Shown: positions 51,208 through 63,287, numbered from the stretch's first letter. The stretch is 64,000 bases of DNA from Calcarisporiella thermophila CBS 279.70 (GCF_041956535.1 NW_027192200.1:46042-110041), one strand, 5' to 3'. Notes: a model not told the origin generated them from the letters alone. Made by a program: numbers and translations.

Positions 51208-52566
51208 ATGTTGTATCGTAGACTCGGCAATTCTGGCCTAAAGGTTTCTGTTCTCTCACTGGGAAGCTGGCTGAGCTACGGAATGAAAGCTAATCAGGGT
51301 ACTCTACTATCTTCATCGATGTAAAGGCATAATCTCATTCCTAAATGTGCCGCCATATGCGATCTATTCTATTAGAGACTTGTATCGAGTGCCTGAAAAC
51401 GGCTTACGAAAATGGTGTGAATTTTTTCGACACTGCAGAGGTAACTTTTGCGCCTCCGCGGCTCCTTTTTTCCATCATGACTACAATGGTGATCATTTTT
51501 TGCTTTTATTCGTGCTAGGCTTATGGAAGTAAGTACCAAGATGCACATCAGCCAAGTTCGCATCTCGAAATTAACTAGGCATCTCACAGATGGCGCCTCC
51601 GAGACTACTCTCGGCCATGCCTTGAAGAAGCTCAACTGGCCCCGGAACTCATATGTCCTCGCCACTAAAATCTTCTTTGGGGATGGCTCCTCTAAGGATC
51701 CAAATGCGCGCGGGCTATCGCGCAAGCATGTTATCGAGGGGCTGGATGCTTCCCTGAAGAGACTACAATTGGATTACGTGGACATTGTGTTTGCGCACCG
51801 CCCTGATCCAGAAGTGGGGATGGAGGAAATCGTCCGAGCCTTTGACCATGTCATCCATAAAGGAAAGGTACGTACGTTGACTTTGGGAAGGAAATCCAGT
51901 TAGGATGGAGAAAAAATCTTTTCCATTACAATAATTAGGCCTTTTACTGGGGCACGAGTGAGTGGAGCGCACAGCAAATTACCGAGGCTCGAGCTGTCGC
52001 TCAACGACTCGGACTAATGATGCCGGTGGTTGAGGTGAAGCTTATTTTTCAACATCAGGGGAGTGCGTAGGTTAACAAGCATTTTATTTTTGTTTGAGTA
52101 GCAATGTGAATATAATATGTTCAGCCGAGATAAAATGGAACGCGAATATGCCCCACTTTTTGCCTCGTCAGATGGGCTCGGGACGACGATTTGGTCACCT
52201 CTCTACTCGGGAATCCTCACAGGCAAATATTTGCAAGGCCTTCCATCGGATTCGCGTTTTGCCACTGAAAGCCTCCCGTTCATCCAAAACAAAAAGCACG
52301 AGCTCTTCGAGACGGAGCAAGGGGCAAAATTGCTCGAGAAGGTGAGTCGATTGCAAGGCGTTGCGGAGCAGGTTGGGTGCTCGCTGGCACAGCTGGCCAT
52401 CGCATGGTGTGTAAAAAATGAGAAAGTCTCGACCGTGCTTATGGGTGCTTCCAAGGCGGGGCAACTGCAGGAGAACATGCGCGCGCTAGAATTCGTGGAG
52501 AAATTGGATGGAAATATTATGCAGCTAATCGACAACATCCTTGGGAATAAGCCATCGGCGTTGTGA
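51208..52566 (+). CDS. Aldo-keto reductase, Kv-beta (AKR6-like) family, 6 exons including a 10-nt micro-exon 51519-51528
   Basis: [28 protein letters not shown]|AYG|[49 protein letters not shown]. Confidence 0.93.
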
Positions 52567-52791
52567 CGTTTCGACGGGAACGGGCCCAGGGTACCAGCGC
52601 TGGCCTAAAGTAGCCACGCGGCAAACAACTAAAACAAGTGTGCAGATTTCTCATATTAGAGAATAAACAAAACTGTTTTTTATTATACATGTCATAAAGG
52701 AGAATGGCTTCTAAGCCTCGAATTTTAGGGTGAAAGTCGAATTTGGTTTGGATAATTTATAAATAGAAATAACAACAACAGATATCACGGT

Positions 52792-54008
52792 CTACTTTTT
52801 CGGCTTTTTGCGCGGATGGACCAAGAATGGTTGGTTAAATGCTTCAAGCAGCTTGCGTGCCTTGTGTTCGCCGAACCCGGGACAAAGCATGACCTCCTCT
52901 ACAGAGGCCGACATGATCTTTTTCAGCGACTAAGGTTGAGTTGAACCAAAAAAGAAGAATAAAATGTTAAACTCTGAAATGCAAGTGGTGTTTGGCTATT
53001 TTAGCTTACTCCAAAGGTTGAGGTCAGAGTGACCACGTCCGTCTTATTCACTGACCGAATTTGGGTTAGACAATCCGTCAGCTAAATACGTTGTAATTGG
53101 AAAAGAAAAAAATCAGTATTAAGGATGCCGAAAACCATTCCAAAAGCGGTGGATTACCTTGGAGAGGTAGTCGTCGTCCACCTTTTCTTTAATCATATCC
53201 GGTGGCTTATGCTCAAATGATTTCAGTGTCTCGATATAGCGGCCGACCTCTTCCTGGCTCCATGCCAGAATGATGGTCATATCATTATTGATGGCCAGCT
53301 TGGTCAGCTCTCTGATCGCTTCCTGATGGTTTTCAATATCCACCAGAATGAGAAGGATACGCAAGAGATAAGCATGGGTGAGCTTATCAAAGCGCTGATA
53401 TATGTACTCGGGGTGGAGGCGATGATAGCGCAGACTGAGAAAGAGCAAGCCTGAGGTTTGTCCCACTTGGTAATCAGCGAGAATGTCGCCGTATTCCCAG
53501 GGCACATTGCGAATGTGTTGTAGGACGGGATTACCTCTCTGGCAAATGATAATCAACATCAACTACCATGCACAAATTAACTTGATTAGTTAGGCTTACT
53601 TGGCAAGCGTTGACAATGACAGCATTAGTGCCAGCGCTTCTCTTCACTATCAACTTTGGTTGAGCTGGAGGTGTAGAATACGAGGATGAGGATGATGGAG
53701 TGTTGGGCTTGCTAATAGAGTTATTGCTTGAAGCACTATACGCGCCCGTCAATAAATTAATGAATGGAAAGACCAGATACAATAGAAAAAAAGCGGCAGA
53801 AAATTTACGCTGGAGGAGGTTGGTAGTGTGGAGTTTCTTTCAAGAAAGAGAATGCCTCTGCAAAGGTAGAAGTAGGAGGCGGATTTGATTTTGGAACCAC
53901 ATCAGATTGTTCTACCGCTTGCCCTGAGGATGAGGCAGATACAGGAGGTGTAGTGCCACCCGGTAGAGCAGTCGATGTTGCGGTAGAATCCAAGGTTGGA
54001 TCTGTCAT
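52792..54008 (-). CDS. RAD10: ERCC1/Rad10 (Swi10) nucleotide-excision repair endonuclease subunit, multi-exon
   Basis: Q|RGNPVLQHIRNVPWEYGDILADY, LFLSLRYHRLHPEYI, LTQIRSVNKTD, HhH motif CPGFGEHKARKL. Confidence 0.93.
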
Positions 54009-54557
54009 AGGCACACATTGGAGTTAAATTGCTAAGCGGCTAACACTTCCATAGTATACCTGTCGAGTTCGACAACGATCCGGGCCTAAAATAAATTTTG
54101 CCGCGACCCTTACCGGGTTGAAGCTTTTTAGCCTCGATGTCCTTATAGGAAGGTGCGCGAAATGACATGTCAACTCCTAGTGGCAAACTCGAAATGATCA
54201 AGGAGCTTGTATATCACCCAATTTTCCAAGCCACCCGTCGTTCGAGCCGGCGAAATTTTTTACTCTCAAATAGTGACGATGGATGAATAATCTGGTATAG
54301 TATATTTCTTTTTAGAATATAAAATATTTTGAAAAAAAAAAGAGAGTAGGCAAGAAAATAAAAAGGAAACGACAAAATAAAAAATAAAATAAAGAAACGA
54401 AAGCAATGACTATTTTTTTAGCTATCTGATTTGTTACCCTATCCACTAAACCCTCCGGCACTATTAAAAAACAACAGAATATTGAAGCTCATCTTCCCGT
54501 GACACATAATTAACTTGGAACTTGATTGAATTTGATGAATCCGGTTTTGTATCGGCC

Positions 54558-55752
54558 CTAGGCCCACACCTAGCAAAAAAGAGAAAAACGAATTAGTGTA
54601 CTCTCGTGTACAAGAAAGCGGCCCAATTTACCCTAAGTGTGCTATCCCAGCTGCCAGTGCACAACGCCATCCCGTCTGTTGCCACGCCCAAGCAACTCAC
54701 GCGGTTCTCGTGGCCCTGCAGCACACCGACTCGGTCGCCACGCAGAGTATCCCATACGTTGCAGTCGAAGTTGTCGTATCCTGCAAAGAGTAACCGCCCG
54801 CTCACGGAAAACGCAACACTAGTTATTCCGCACATGATGCTCTCGTGAGTGTACTGATTCAGTTCGCGATCGGCACGCAAGTCGAAAAGTCGACACGAGG
54901 CGTCGTCAGAGCCAGTGCCGAATGCGTCGCCGTTGGGGAAGAATTGCACGGCGTTGATATCGGACTCGTGCCCACTGAAAGTCTGCACACACCGGGTGGT
55001 GCGGATATCCCACAGCTTGGCAGTGGTATCACATGCACCAGAAATGAAGACATTGGGATTGGACGGAGAGAGGGAAATGCTACATTTAGAAACAAGAGCG
55101 CAAATGATTAAGTCACCCTCAGATCCCCCTTTGTAGAGAATGCACATGCTGACACTCACCTCATGACATCCCCAGTATGGTCCGTAAACTCCTCCATCTT
55201 GACGCCATTCTCAATATCCCAGAGCATGCAAGTCATGTCTCCTGAACTCGTCACCATCTGCCGGTCATCAATAAATCTACAGCAGCTCAAGTAGCCGGTA
55301 TGGGCCGCAAGCTCGCGCACTGGGCGCGACGGCTGTGCATCCTTGCCACGCAGATTGTACACCGAACAAATGTTGTCCAATCCACCACAGGCTACAAAAT
55401 TTCCAGACGGCGCATAGGCACACGTCATCACCCAGCTGGATCGGAGCGGGATGGCGTGGATTTTGTTGGTCGTGTAGGCATCCCAGATAATAAGCTTGCC
55501 ATCCTGGGATGCAGACACAAGGTGACGACGATCGGTGCCCCAATGCATGGCGTAAATTTTGGCGAGATGGCCCTTCAGAATACGGCGGGTCTTCATCGCT
55601 AGGCGGGGGAGGGGCGTGATGTTGGCCGCCTGAGCACGGAGAGTAGTGTCCGCGAGGGCCTCCTTTTTGGCACGGATTTTCTCTTTCAGGCCTTCCGCTT
55701 CCTGTCGCGCAGCCGCAATCCTTTCTGCGAGATTGTTCGTTTCAATCGCCAT
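54558..55752 (-). CDS. GPB1: Heterotrimeric G protein beta subunit (WD40), 3 exons; last coding exon is only VWA*
   Basis: [56 protein letters not shown]|VWA*. Confidence 0.96.
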
Positions 55753-56728
55753 GGTGTCGATGAGTAGGCGCTGGTTGTTGGATAAGAGAAAAGGGTGGGG
55801 GAGAAAAAAGTGGGATTGGAAATGGGAATGCGATTAGATTAAATATAATGATGGCTTTAAAGAACTAAAACAAAGGAATTGGTGAGGAGCATTCAACGCA
55901 ACCAGTGCCTGTATGCCTAGAACACACAAGATGAATTTCGATGGAATGAGAGAAGCAGACAATCCGCAACGACTACAACAAAAAATTTTTAGTCTCGAAC
56001 CCTTGAGAGGAAGATAGAGAACAGGTTCTCGCTCAAAAAATCTCGGTATCTCTCAACTCTATTTGAAAATCAGTGTGCATGAGCAAATTGGTCTTAAAGT
56101 TGTGTTTGGGCCGTTCTCTAGCGATATCTTGCTTCCGCGCAGAACGCACCTCCATCTTCCTTCACGCCTCGCATTATCTGTCGGGAAATGTGAGGCAAGG
56201 ATCGACTCTCCTATAGAATGGCACCCATCGGGTGAATGACTAGTTTCAAAGCCATTTCGCCTTCAAGAATTACCATTCGGTGACCAGCTTTCATAATTGA
56301 GAATAAGAGAGAAAAAAAAAATGCAATAGCCATCGCATATGTACGACACTCAATGGTTCATTGTTGAGCAGGCCGAGTTGACTTGTTGAAAAGATGGATT
56401 GACATGCGCCATGGATTGAAACCCTTTATTCTTTTTATGATCCAGTTTAGATACTGTACATCATTGCGATGGGGGTAAGTTTAAGGTCCAAAACCACCCA
56501 TGAATAGTGCAATACTGCTTTTAATGAAAGCATTCTGCTCAGGGCAGGATGACGAATATAAATGTTCGCAAAAATCAATTTAATAGAGCATTATGCTGAT
56601 ATGAGCGTAAAATGCGAAGCAGAGAGAAAAAATAGTGTAATATGCAGTTGCTCTTCTCTCAAGATATGCAACACATAAAAGGACCTCAATACTTTTGCCA
56701 TCAAGCATATTATATAATCCTGGCATTA

Positions 56729-57709
56729 CTAAAGTCTGGAGTGGACAATAGGGCTCAATCCCGTCTGAGGCGATACGTTCAAAAGCCAAGGAATTGCCCC
56801 TCGGGACTTGACGCTAGTATAAACCTCGGGGGCCAGAGAATAGAATTGGTTGAAAAAGTGCCCACTTCCGGTCGAGTTCAGGAATATTTCTCCAGCGTAG
56901 TTGGGCCTATAGCCAAACGCTAAGACCCCCAATTCGGCTACCGCATCCCGTTCGTTGACGTAGTGTTCAATGACGGGGATGGTATTATCGGGATTCCGGA
57001 AATCATCTGCGGCGCTAGCGAAGGTGCAGACGCGCAGCTTTTTGAGCAACTTCTTTTTATGAAGGCCATGAGGATTCTTATACAACAAATCGACCACTAA
57101 GCTGGCGATGATACCGCCTTGAGAATGGGCAATTAGCACGATGTCGTCCACCTTATCATTGATCAAATCATGATAAATCACATTGGCGGCCGTCTTTACG
57201 GCGTCTGTGTTGATATCTAGATTTCTCTGGAGAATGCTTTCGAAAAGATCGCTGAAAAATCCATATGTCTTGTTATATATGCCCTGGACTGGGCGGCGGA
57301 ACTGACTTTCCAATCTTTGGCAGTTATTGGCTAGCCCATGCTCGTCGGTGCAGATGCCATTGATGAAATACCATTTTTCATTCGGAAAAGCTGCGGCGAG
57401 CGCCTCGTTGCCTGGATAGCTGACTGCCATGCGGGGTACTCTGAAGATGTTCATGGCCAACATATCTGCTGCATTGATAGGCAACACAAGGGGAGTTGCC
57501 GCAGTTAGAATTACCTGCTTGATGACACTAACAATGTTTTCAGAATTGAAGGCAAACGCTTCGTCGTTCTTCCCGGCATTGAATGGAGACTCAATAAGGC
57601 GAAGCATTCCAGATACAAATTCCGGCAGATTGGCCCCTATCAAGGACGCATCGCGGGTCAAGCTTGCATACAAGGTTCGTTGTCGGCGAAGCACATTCTC
57701 TAGATCCAT
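56729..57709 (-). CDS. Alpha/beta-hydrolase-fold protein (AHSQGG nucleophile elbow) ending in PTS1 -SRL
   Basis: EKWYFINGI, LIAHSQGGII, TFASAA, EHYVNERDAV, GHFF. Intronless 326 aa. Confidence 0.8.
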   Translation of the reverse strand: MDLENVLRRQRTLYASLTRDASLIGANLPEFVSGMLRLIESPFNAGKNDEAFAFNSENIVSVIKQVILTAATPLVLPINAADMLAMNIFRVPRMAVSYPGNEALAAAFPNEKWYFINGICTDEHGLANNCQRLESQFRRPVQGIYNKTYGFFSDLFESILQRNLDINTDAVKTAANVIYHDLINDKVDDIVLIAHSQGGIIASLVVDLLYKNPHGLHKKKLLKKLRVCTFASAADDFRNPDNTIPVIEHYVNERDAVAELGVLAFGYRPNYAGEIFLNSTGSGHFFNQFYSLAPEVYTSVKSRGAIPWLLNVSPQTGLSPIVHSRL

Positions 57710-57848
57710 TCTGTCGAATTCTGAAATTTAGTCTGGGCTTGATATTTGACGGAAGAGCTGACAACGCGTTGATCTAGGCTTTCACAAAAGTGAGTTGCTA
57801 CTTGTGTATCGTGCCTCCAGTCCTACATCCTATTTATATCGTTGAAAA

Positions 57849-58530
57849 NNNNNNNNNNNNNNNNNNNNNNNNNNNNNNNNNNNNNNNNNNNNNNNNNNNN
57901 NNNNNNNNNNNNNNNNNNNNNNNNNNNNNNNNNNNNNNNNNNNNNNNNNNNNNNNNNNNNNNNNNNNNNNNNNNNNNNNNNNNNNNNNNNNNNNNNNNNN
58001 NNNNNNNNNNNNNNNNNNNNNNNNNNNNNNNNNNNNNNNNNNNNNNNNNNNNNNNNNNNNNNNNNNNNNNNNNNNNNNNNNNNNNNNNNNNNNNNNNNNN
58101 NNNNNNNNNNNNNNNNNNNNNNNNNNNNNNNNNNNNNNNNNNNNNNNNNNNNNNNNNNNNNNNNNNNNNNNNNNNNNNNNNNNNNNNNNNNNNNNNNNNN
58201 NNNNNNNNNNNNNNNNNNNNNNNNNNNNNNNNNNNNNNNNNNNNNNNNNNNNNNNNNNNNNNNNNNNNNNNNNNNNNNNNNNNNNNNNNNNNNNNNNNNN
58301 NNNNNNNNNNNNNNNNNNNNNNNNNNNNNNNNNNNNNNNNNNNNNNNNNNNNNNNNNNNNNNNNNNNNNNNNNNNNNNNNNNNNNNNNNNNNNNNNNNNN
58401 NNNNNNNNNNNNNNNNNNNNNNNNNNNNNNNNNNNNNNNNNNNNNNNNNNNNNNNNNNNNNNNNNNNNNNNNNNNNNNNNNNNNNNNNNNNNNNNNNNNN
58501 NNNNNNNNNNNNNNNNNNNNNNNNNNNNNN
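57849..58530. other. Assembly gap (N run)
   Basis: Continuous n characters. Confidence 1.
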
Positions 58531-59630
58531 CAATTTCATGATTCCTTCGATTCTTAATCTACAATGTCCTTGGCCTATTGTGAAACAGCTCGATAGGCTT
58601 AAAAACGGCGCGGAGGACATGTTGCAAAAAAGTGGCGAGAGAGGTGTTTACGAGAATTCGCATTGTATCGACTTCATATGCGCAGAAGAGAAAATAAGCA
58701 AAACTAGCAGGACTAGGCCCAGCGGAGCCGATGACGATCAATGCCGAGCCAATGTTTCCAAAGAAATATAGGAGATTCCAGAAGGAATCAGAAGTAAAAT
58801 ATATAAGGAAATAAGGATTACGAAATTTGATTGGTCCAAAAATTTCGATAACATAACTTTATTATGTCTTTCTTTTGAGAGCTATTAACTCTACCGATAT
58901 AAATCCAAATGCCCTCCATTTTTGATGCCATGAATTCTCCTTTTTATGCTGCATCTTTTTGGAAACCACATGCAAAATTTTCCCTTCCTCCAGTAGTGTT
59001 ATATGGAGTTGCTAACCTACATAAAACCTACCTGAATATGTTGGAGGCCTTTTTCTTCCACTCTTGAACCCCCTAGGGCCAACATGGCCTCTAATTAGCA
59101 GGAGGTCTGCAACAGCGTTCGAAGTAGGAGAAACCCCAGAGAGGGAAAGGCTTTGTCCCACCAGCAATTAAAATTAATCTACTTTCTCTGAGGAGGTCAA
59201 CTATTGCTCTCGAACCTCTATCCTGACCAGGAATTTTCCTCATAGTATGTATGAAGAAGAAATGCAAAACAAGGAATCCACAGTAGACCGTCAAGGGAGC
59301 GGGGTGGTATTCCCAGCTTCAACCAAACCTCCTTGGGTTCTAATGTAAATTTTAATTCCTTGACTCCATTTCTTCTTTTGACCCCTACGCTCTCTTCCTA
59401 TCTCCCATCCACTAACTCATATGTGCCATTCTATATAATCACAACGACAACCTCATCAACTGTTTACATAAGCCATCCATATCCAGCTCTCGTGCAAGCG
59501 ATGCAACCCTAGATAGGTAACCTTTAACTCCGGGAACCCTATCGCTATCTTCTTTCAATGCTAGAGGCCGCTTTGTTTCCCTAATATCCTTTTATATGAG
59601 AATTTTTGGCATTATCGATACTCATCCGTC

Positions 59631-60859
59631 TCATGACGAGAAGCTGAACGCAAATATTGAATTATCTCTACAAGAAAATGAGAAATAAGTAGAAATATTT
59701 TTGATCGATAAAGCCTTGAATGTCTCTGTTCTCTGGTCCCTATAATAGAGGAAGAAATTTATCGTAAGTTGTTTCTCTGGTGCTCTACCATTGTTTGTTA
59801 TTTCCAAGCAGTCTTCAAATGCAGAGATCAAATTTTTAACTGAGTTAGTTCCGGCCGTGGATTCAATCGAAGAGAACCAGCGCGAAAGAAGTCCAAAATG
59901 GCCGTCGACTCAGCTCTTGCCATGATATTCCGCACCTTTTTATTGTATTTGGACGGAAATTCATTGGGTGGATACTGGGCCAATTCTTCGCACCTGAAAT
60001 GAAGCCACAGTCCGTCCAAATTTCAAGGGTATCGACTTCACTAAGCGGAACTTTCGAAATGAGCAGTTCAGCGCAATCTTTGACGTAGAAGTGCTTCATG
60101 GCCCAGGATGTCCGAGAAGAAATCAAAGTATTCTTTCTGCCCATCGGGAGCAAGCAGTCCCATCCCCAGGCACGAGCATTGTTTTTTGGAAAAAAATACT
60201 TTCCCGTCTCGACCGACCCACCTCCCAAGTGAAGATTTTCCTTGAAATCGATGATGAGGAGTCTTTCGTTCACCTTTAAGAATTACTACCCTTCTTGCAT
60301 TTAACTGCTCTCTTTGTTTCTAAAGTGAGAATAGAGTCTGTTTGTCTGTTTGGCTGCCCCCCCCCCCCCATTCAGCCTTGTATCGTTTATGCAATAAAAT
60401 AGGAAAGGTTAATAATATGAAAAAAAGTATTCGAACTAGACAATAGCTTTTGAGGTAGACGATACAGCTCTCGACTCAACTTCCCGAGCAGTTCATGGTT
60501 TGTGATTATCAAATCTAAAGTCCAATCGTCTTAGAAATTCCCAAGGAAACTTCTCAGAGACTACAGAAAACAGCTCTTTTATTGATTCAGGTTTTTCACC
60601 GGCTTGAAGGATTGTAAGTTGTCTAAGAGTATGATAGTATGGGTTGTCCGTGTATTCATATAGATGATGAAACAAAATCATCCCATCTCGTGGATGAAAA
60701 AAAAAAGAATCGTGAAACTTCGTCTAGCTCTTCTTTATATGTAAGCGAAGAGGAAATCTCCTCTAAACTTTTCTGACTATTCTTCTGCAATGAGGACATT
60801 AAGAAGCGAGATTTAATCTGGGAAATAAAACGAGGAAGAGATGCGGAGCGAGCCGACAT
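59631..60859 (-). mobile_element. Decayed DNA transposase pseudogene, Sola-like (Sola2-type motifs) DDD catalytic core
   Basis: Three motifs in order across shifted frames: LIIDFKENL (about 60245), EIWTDCG/HFRC (about 60010) and AEYHGKS*VDGHFGLLSRWF (about 59930-59875, in-frame TGA at 59910-59912). No TIRs identified. Confidence 0.65.
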
Positions 60860-61303
60860 GATGAATATAATAGTTAGTAATAATTAGAATACAACAATGT
60901 AAGGTTTAGTATATGATTTGTAACGAATTCAAAAATGTAGAGCAAGGAAGCGTAAAAATGGTTTCGAGAATATTATTCTTGAATATATTTTGTATTTTTA
61001 AGGAAATATAAATATAATTGCAGAGTTCTGAAATACTTGTTCTTAATAATCTAAATGCGGTATATCCGATCAAGCTTGGAAACTCCCATATGTTGTACCA
61101 CGTACTTAATCAACCTTGGCAAATTCTAGTTGGGACAGACAATTATTTAGTTGATGTTACTTCGTGGGCGGGTAAAACTTATCTTTTCAACCAAATTGTA
61201 TTAAAATGAGTAACATTGCGAGAATAAAGAAATTTATTAGTAAAAATAAGAAATTTTCCAAAGAATATTAGGTTAAGTTTTGGTTGCTAAATGAGCGAAA
61301 GTT

Positions 61304-61657
61304 TCAAGCACCCGTAATAGGGGTTACGTTAGGCGTTACTAGACCATTCTGCCTCCTTAACTCATCGCCTGCTAATTTCACTACACCAAAGCCAGTAAGA
61401 GCTGTCTGAGCTCCAGCGTTCCCAACAACAGAAGGCACATCTTGGCTGACAGTGCTGAGAGCCCCACCCGCCGCAGCTTCCCCAAGGTTGGCCACATTAG
61501 CTGAAGTGTCGGGAGTCGCTACACCCATCTCCACCTGTTCTTGTTGTTCAGGGTTTTCGTTGTTGCGACGTACAAGATCTGTCACGTCGATGGGGAGCCC
61601 CTGAGAGATTGCAAAGCAGAACAAAGAAGTAGCTGCGATAAAAGCAATTGATTTCAT
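61304..61657 (-). CDS. Small secreted orphan protein (117 aa) with dibasic RR sites
   Basis: Signal peptide MKSIAFIAATSLFCFAISQG, LVRR and ELRR sites; GC-richer than its flanks. Confidence 0.7.
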   Translation of the reverse strand: MKSIAFIAATSLFCFAISQGLPIDVTDLVRRNNENPEQQEQVEMGVATPDTSANVANLGEAAAGGALSTVSQDVPSVVGNAGAQTALTGFGVVKLAGDELRRQNGLVTPNVTPITGA

Positions 61658-61933
61658 TGTAGGTTACTGAGAAGCACGGTCTGTGTGAATAGATAAAATA
61701 TACGTGTAAAAAATAAAAATGCAAATTGTTAACCAGTTGGTGGATTATACAAAAGAGAAGGCGAGAAAGGACAGGAAAGAGAGTGCGAGAAGAGTTTGAA
61801 GCTATTATTGATTAAATGGGAAAGGGGGAGTATGCTTTTTACGAGTTTTTATAGATATTTGGATTCCTTTTGTTATCAACGCAATGCTGCATCTAGTGAA
61901 TAAGAGTTTACAGGAGAGCGGTGTAGAAGTTAG

Positions 61934-62560
61934 ATTATGTTCGAAACTGGGATTTGCAGCATTGGAAACGTGTTATTAACTGTGTGCTTGCAAGCTAATA
62001 CTCTTCCTAATGCATAGTTTAACTTAAAAAATATTGGGTCATTGAGCGATGAGTATAACCATGATGTTCTCGTCCAATGGGTTTTTGTTCCTTTAGTTTG
62101 GACCATAACCAGATTTTTTGAATGAATTATTGGTGGTTTTACAAATTAGGGTATTTTCCCTCATCAAATGATCTGCACATTGTTTATTGTTTTTGCTACA
62201 CCAGTTTCCTTGGTTAATGTATTATTACATTTTGTTCGGTACATTTAACTGTATATTGTATAACATGACGCACAATACAAATTAGCTTTCACCATTTCGG
62301 CCTATGCCCTTTAAGCATCGTACCCGAGTTTCGTTCGTTGGATGGTATCGGCCCTCTCCATCCAGTTCCATTCCCCTGGGCCCTCCCCCAAAAGGAAATA
62401 TATCAGCAAACTTGAACAGTTGCAAAGCTATTTTCCTAACCTTGTATCTTTTATTATGTTCGAAACTGGAATTGCAGCATTGTAAAACGTGATATTAGTT
62501 GCATGCAAACCTTGAACATTTGCAAAGCTGTTTTTCCGACTTGATATCTTTTACATGTTT
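61934..62560. repeat. Imperfect direct repeats: a 45-bp unit at 61934-61978 and 62453-62497, plus a ~100-bp-period tandem pair at 62406-62460 and 62505-62560
   Basis: ATTATGTTCGAAACTGG..TTGCAGCATTG..AAACGTG.TATTA occurs twice. GCAAAC(C)TTGAACA.TTGCAAAGCT.TTTT...TATCTTTTA occurs twice. Confidence 0.8.
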
Positions 62561-62717
62561 CAAATCATTAGATAAATACTTGAATAGTGTAAGCTTGACT
62601 TTGAAGATAAGTGAACACTATATAAACTGCTTAGATTAAAATAAAAATCGAAAATATCCTCAATTCAATTATCTTATTTTCTCTTTATTTCAATATTCGA
62701 ACTCTTTCGTCACAGAC

Positions 62718-63287
62718 ATGCTAATACATACACTGGTCTCACACTCTTTTTTACTAGTTTTAATGCAGATGGTAATGGGAGCTAACTTCATCGGGTGCTC
62801 TACGCAACAGCAAAATATCATAAAGGAAGCCATTCCTTCTGCACAGCAATATGCAAAGTCCACTCTCTCTTACCTTGAATCACACCCTTCGGGTACAAAT
62901 CGCTATAAAACATGGAATGGCGCCTATGATTCCGGTCGTCACGAAACATTGATTGATCACTATAGAAAAATTAGCAGCAATGATTTCAACGCGTTTACGT
63001 ATGACTGCAGTTGTGATAGACCCAACGTGTATGCTTTTGTGTATCCGAATCGTTTCGGCGAAATTCACTTATGCCCTCAATTTTGGAGAGCCCCTCTCAC
63101 AGGTTCTGATTCGAAGGCCGGCACATTAGTACACGAGGCAGCCCACTTTACTGCAAATGGCTACAGCAGAGATTATGCGTATGGTCAGTCTGCCAATCGA
63201 CAATTGGCCGCAAATAGCCCAGATAAAGCATTATTTAACTCGGACTCCAAAGAATATTTATCAGAGAATAACCCGTCATTGCCATGA
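62718..63287 (+). CDS. Secreted peptidyl-Lys metalloendopeptidase (family M35, aspzincin HEXXH+D)
   Basis: GCS...RYKTW, YDCSC, AFVYPNRFGEIHLC..FWRAP, DSKAGTLVHEAAHF..NG..RDYAYG, EYLSENNP. Signal peptide; TATAAA at about 62621. Confidence 0.92.
   Translation: MLIHTLVSHSFLLVLMQMVMGANFIGCSTQQQNIIKEAIPSAQQYAKSTLSYLESHPSGTNRYKTWNGAYDSGRHETLIDHYRKISSNDFNAFTYDCSCDRPNVYAFVYPNRFGEIHLCPQFWRAPLTGSDSKAGTLVHEAAHFTANGYSRDYAYGQSANRQLAANSPDKALFNSDSKEYLSENNPSLP

Noticed and set aside
57790-58771. ORFs of 255-309 aa
   Set aside because: Artefacts of translating the N gap.
59910-59912. In-frame TGA as selenocysteine or recoding
   Set aside because: It lies in a relic that also has frameshifts. Intact genes here use TGA as a stop (RPL3, AKR), and no SECIS is evident.
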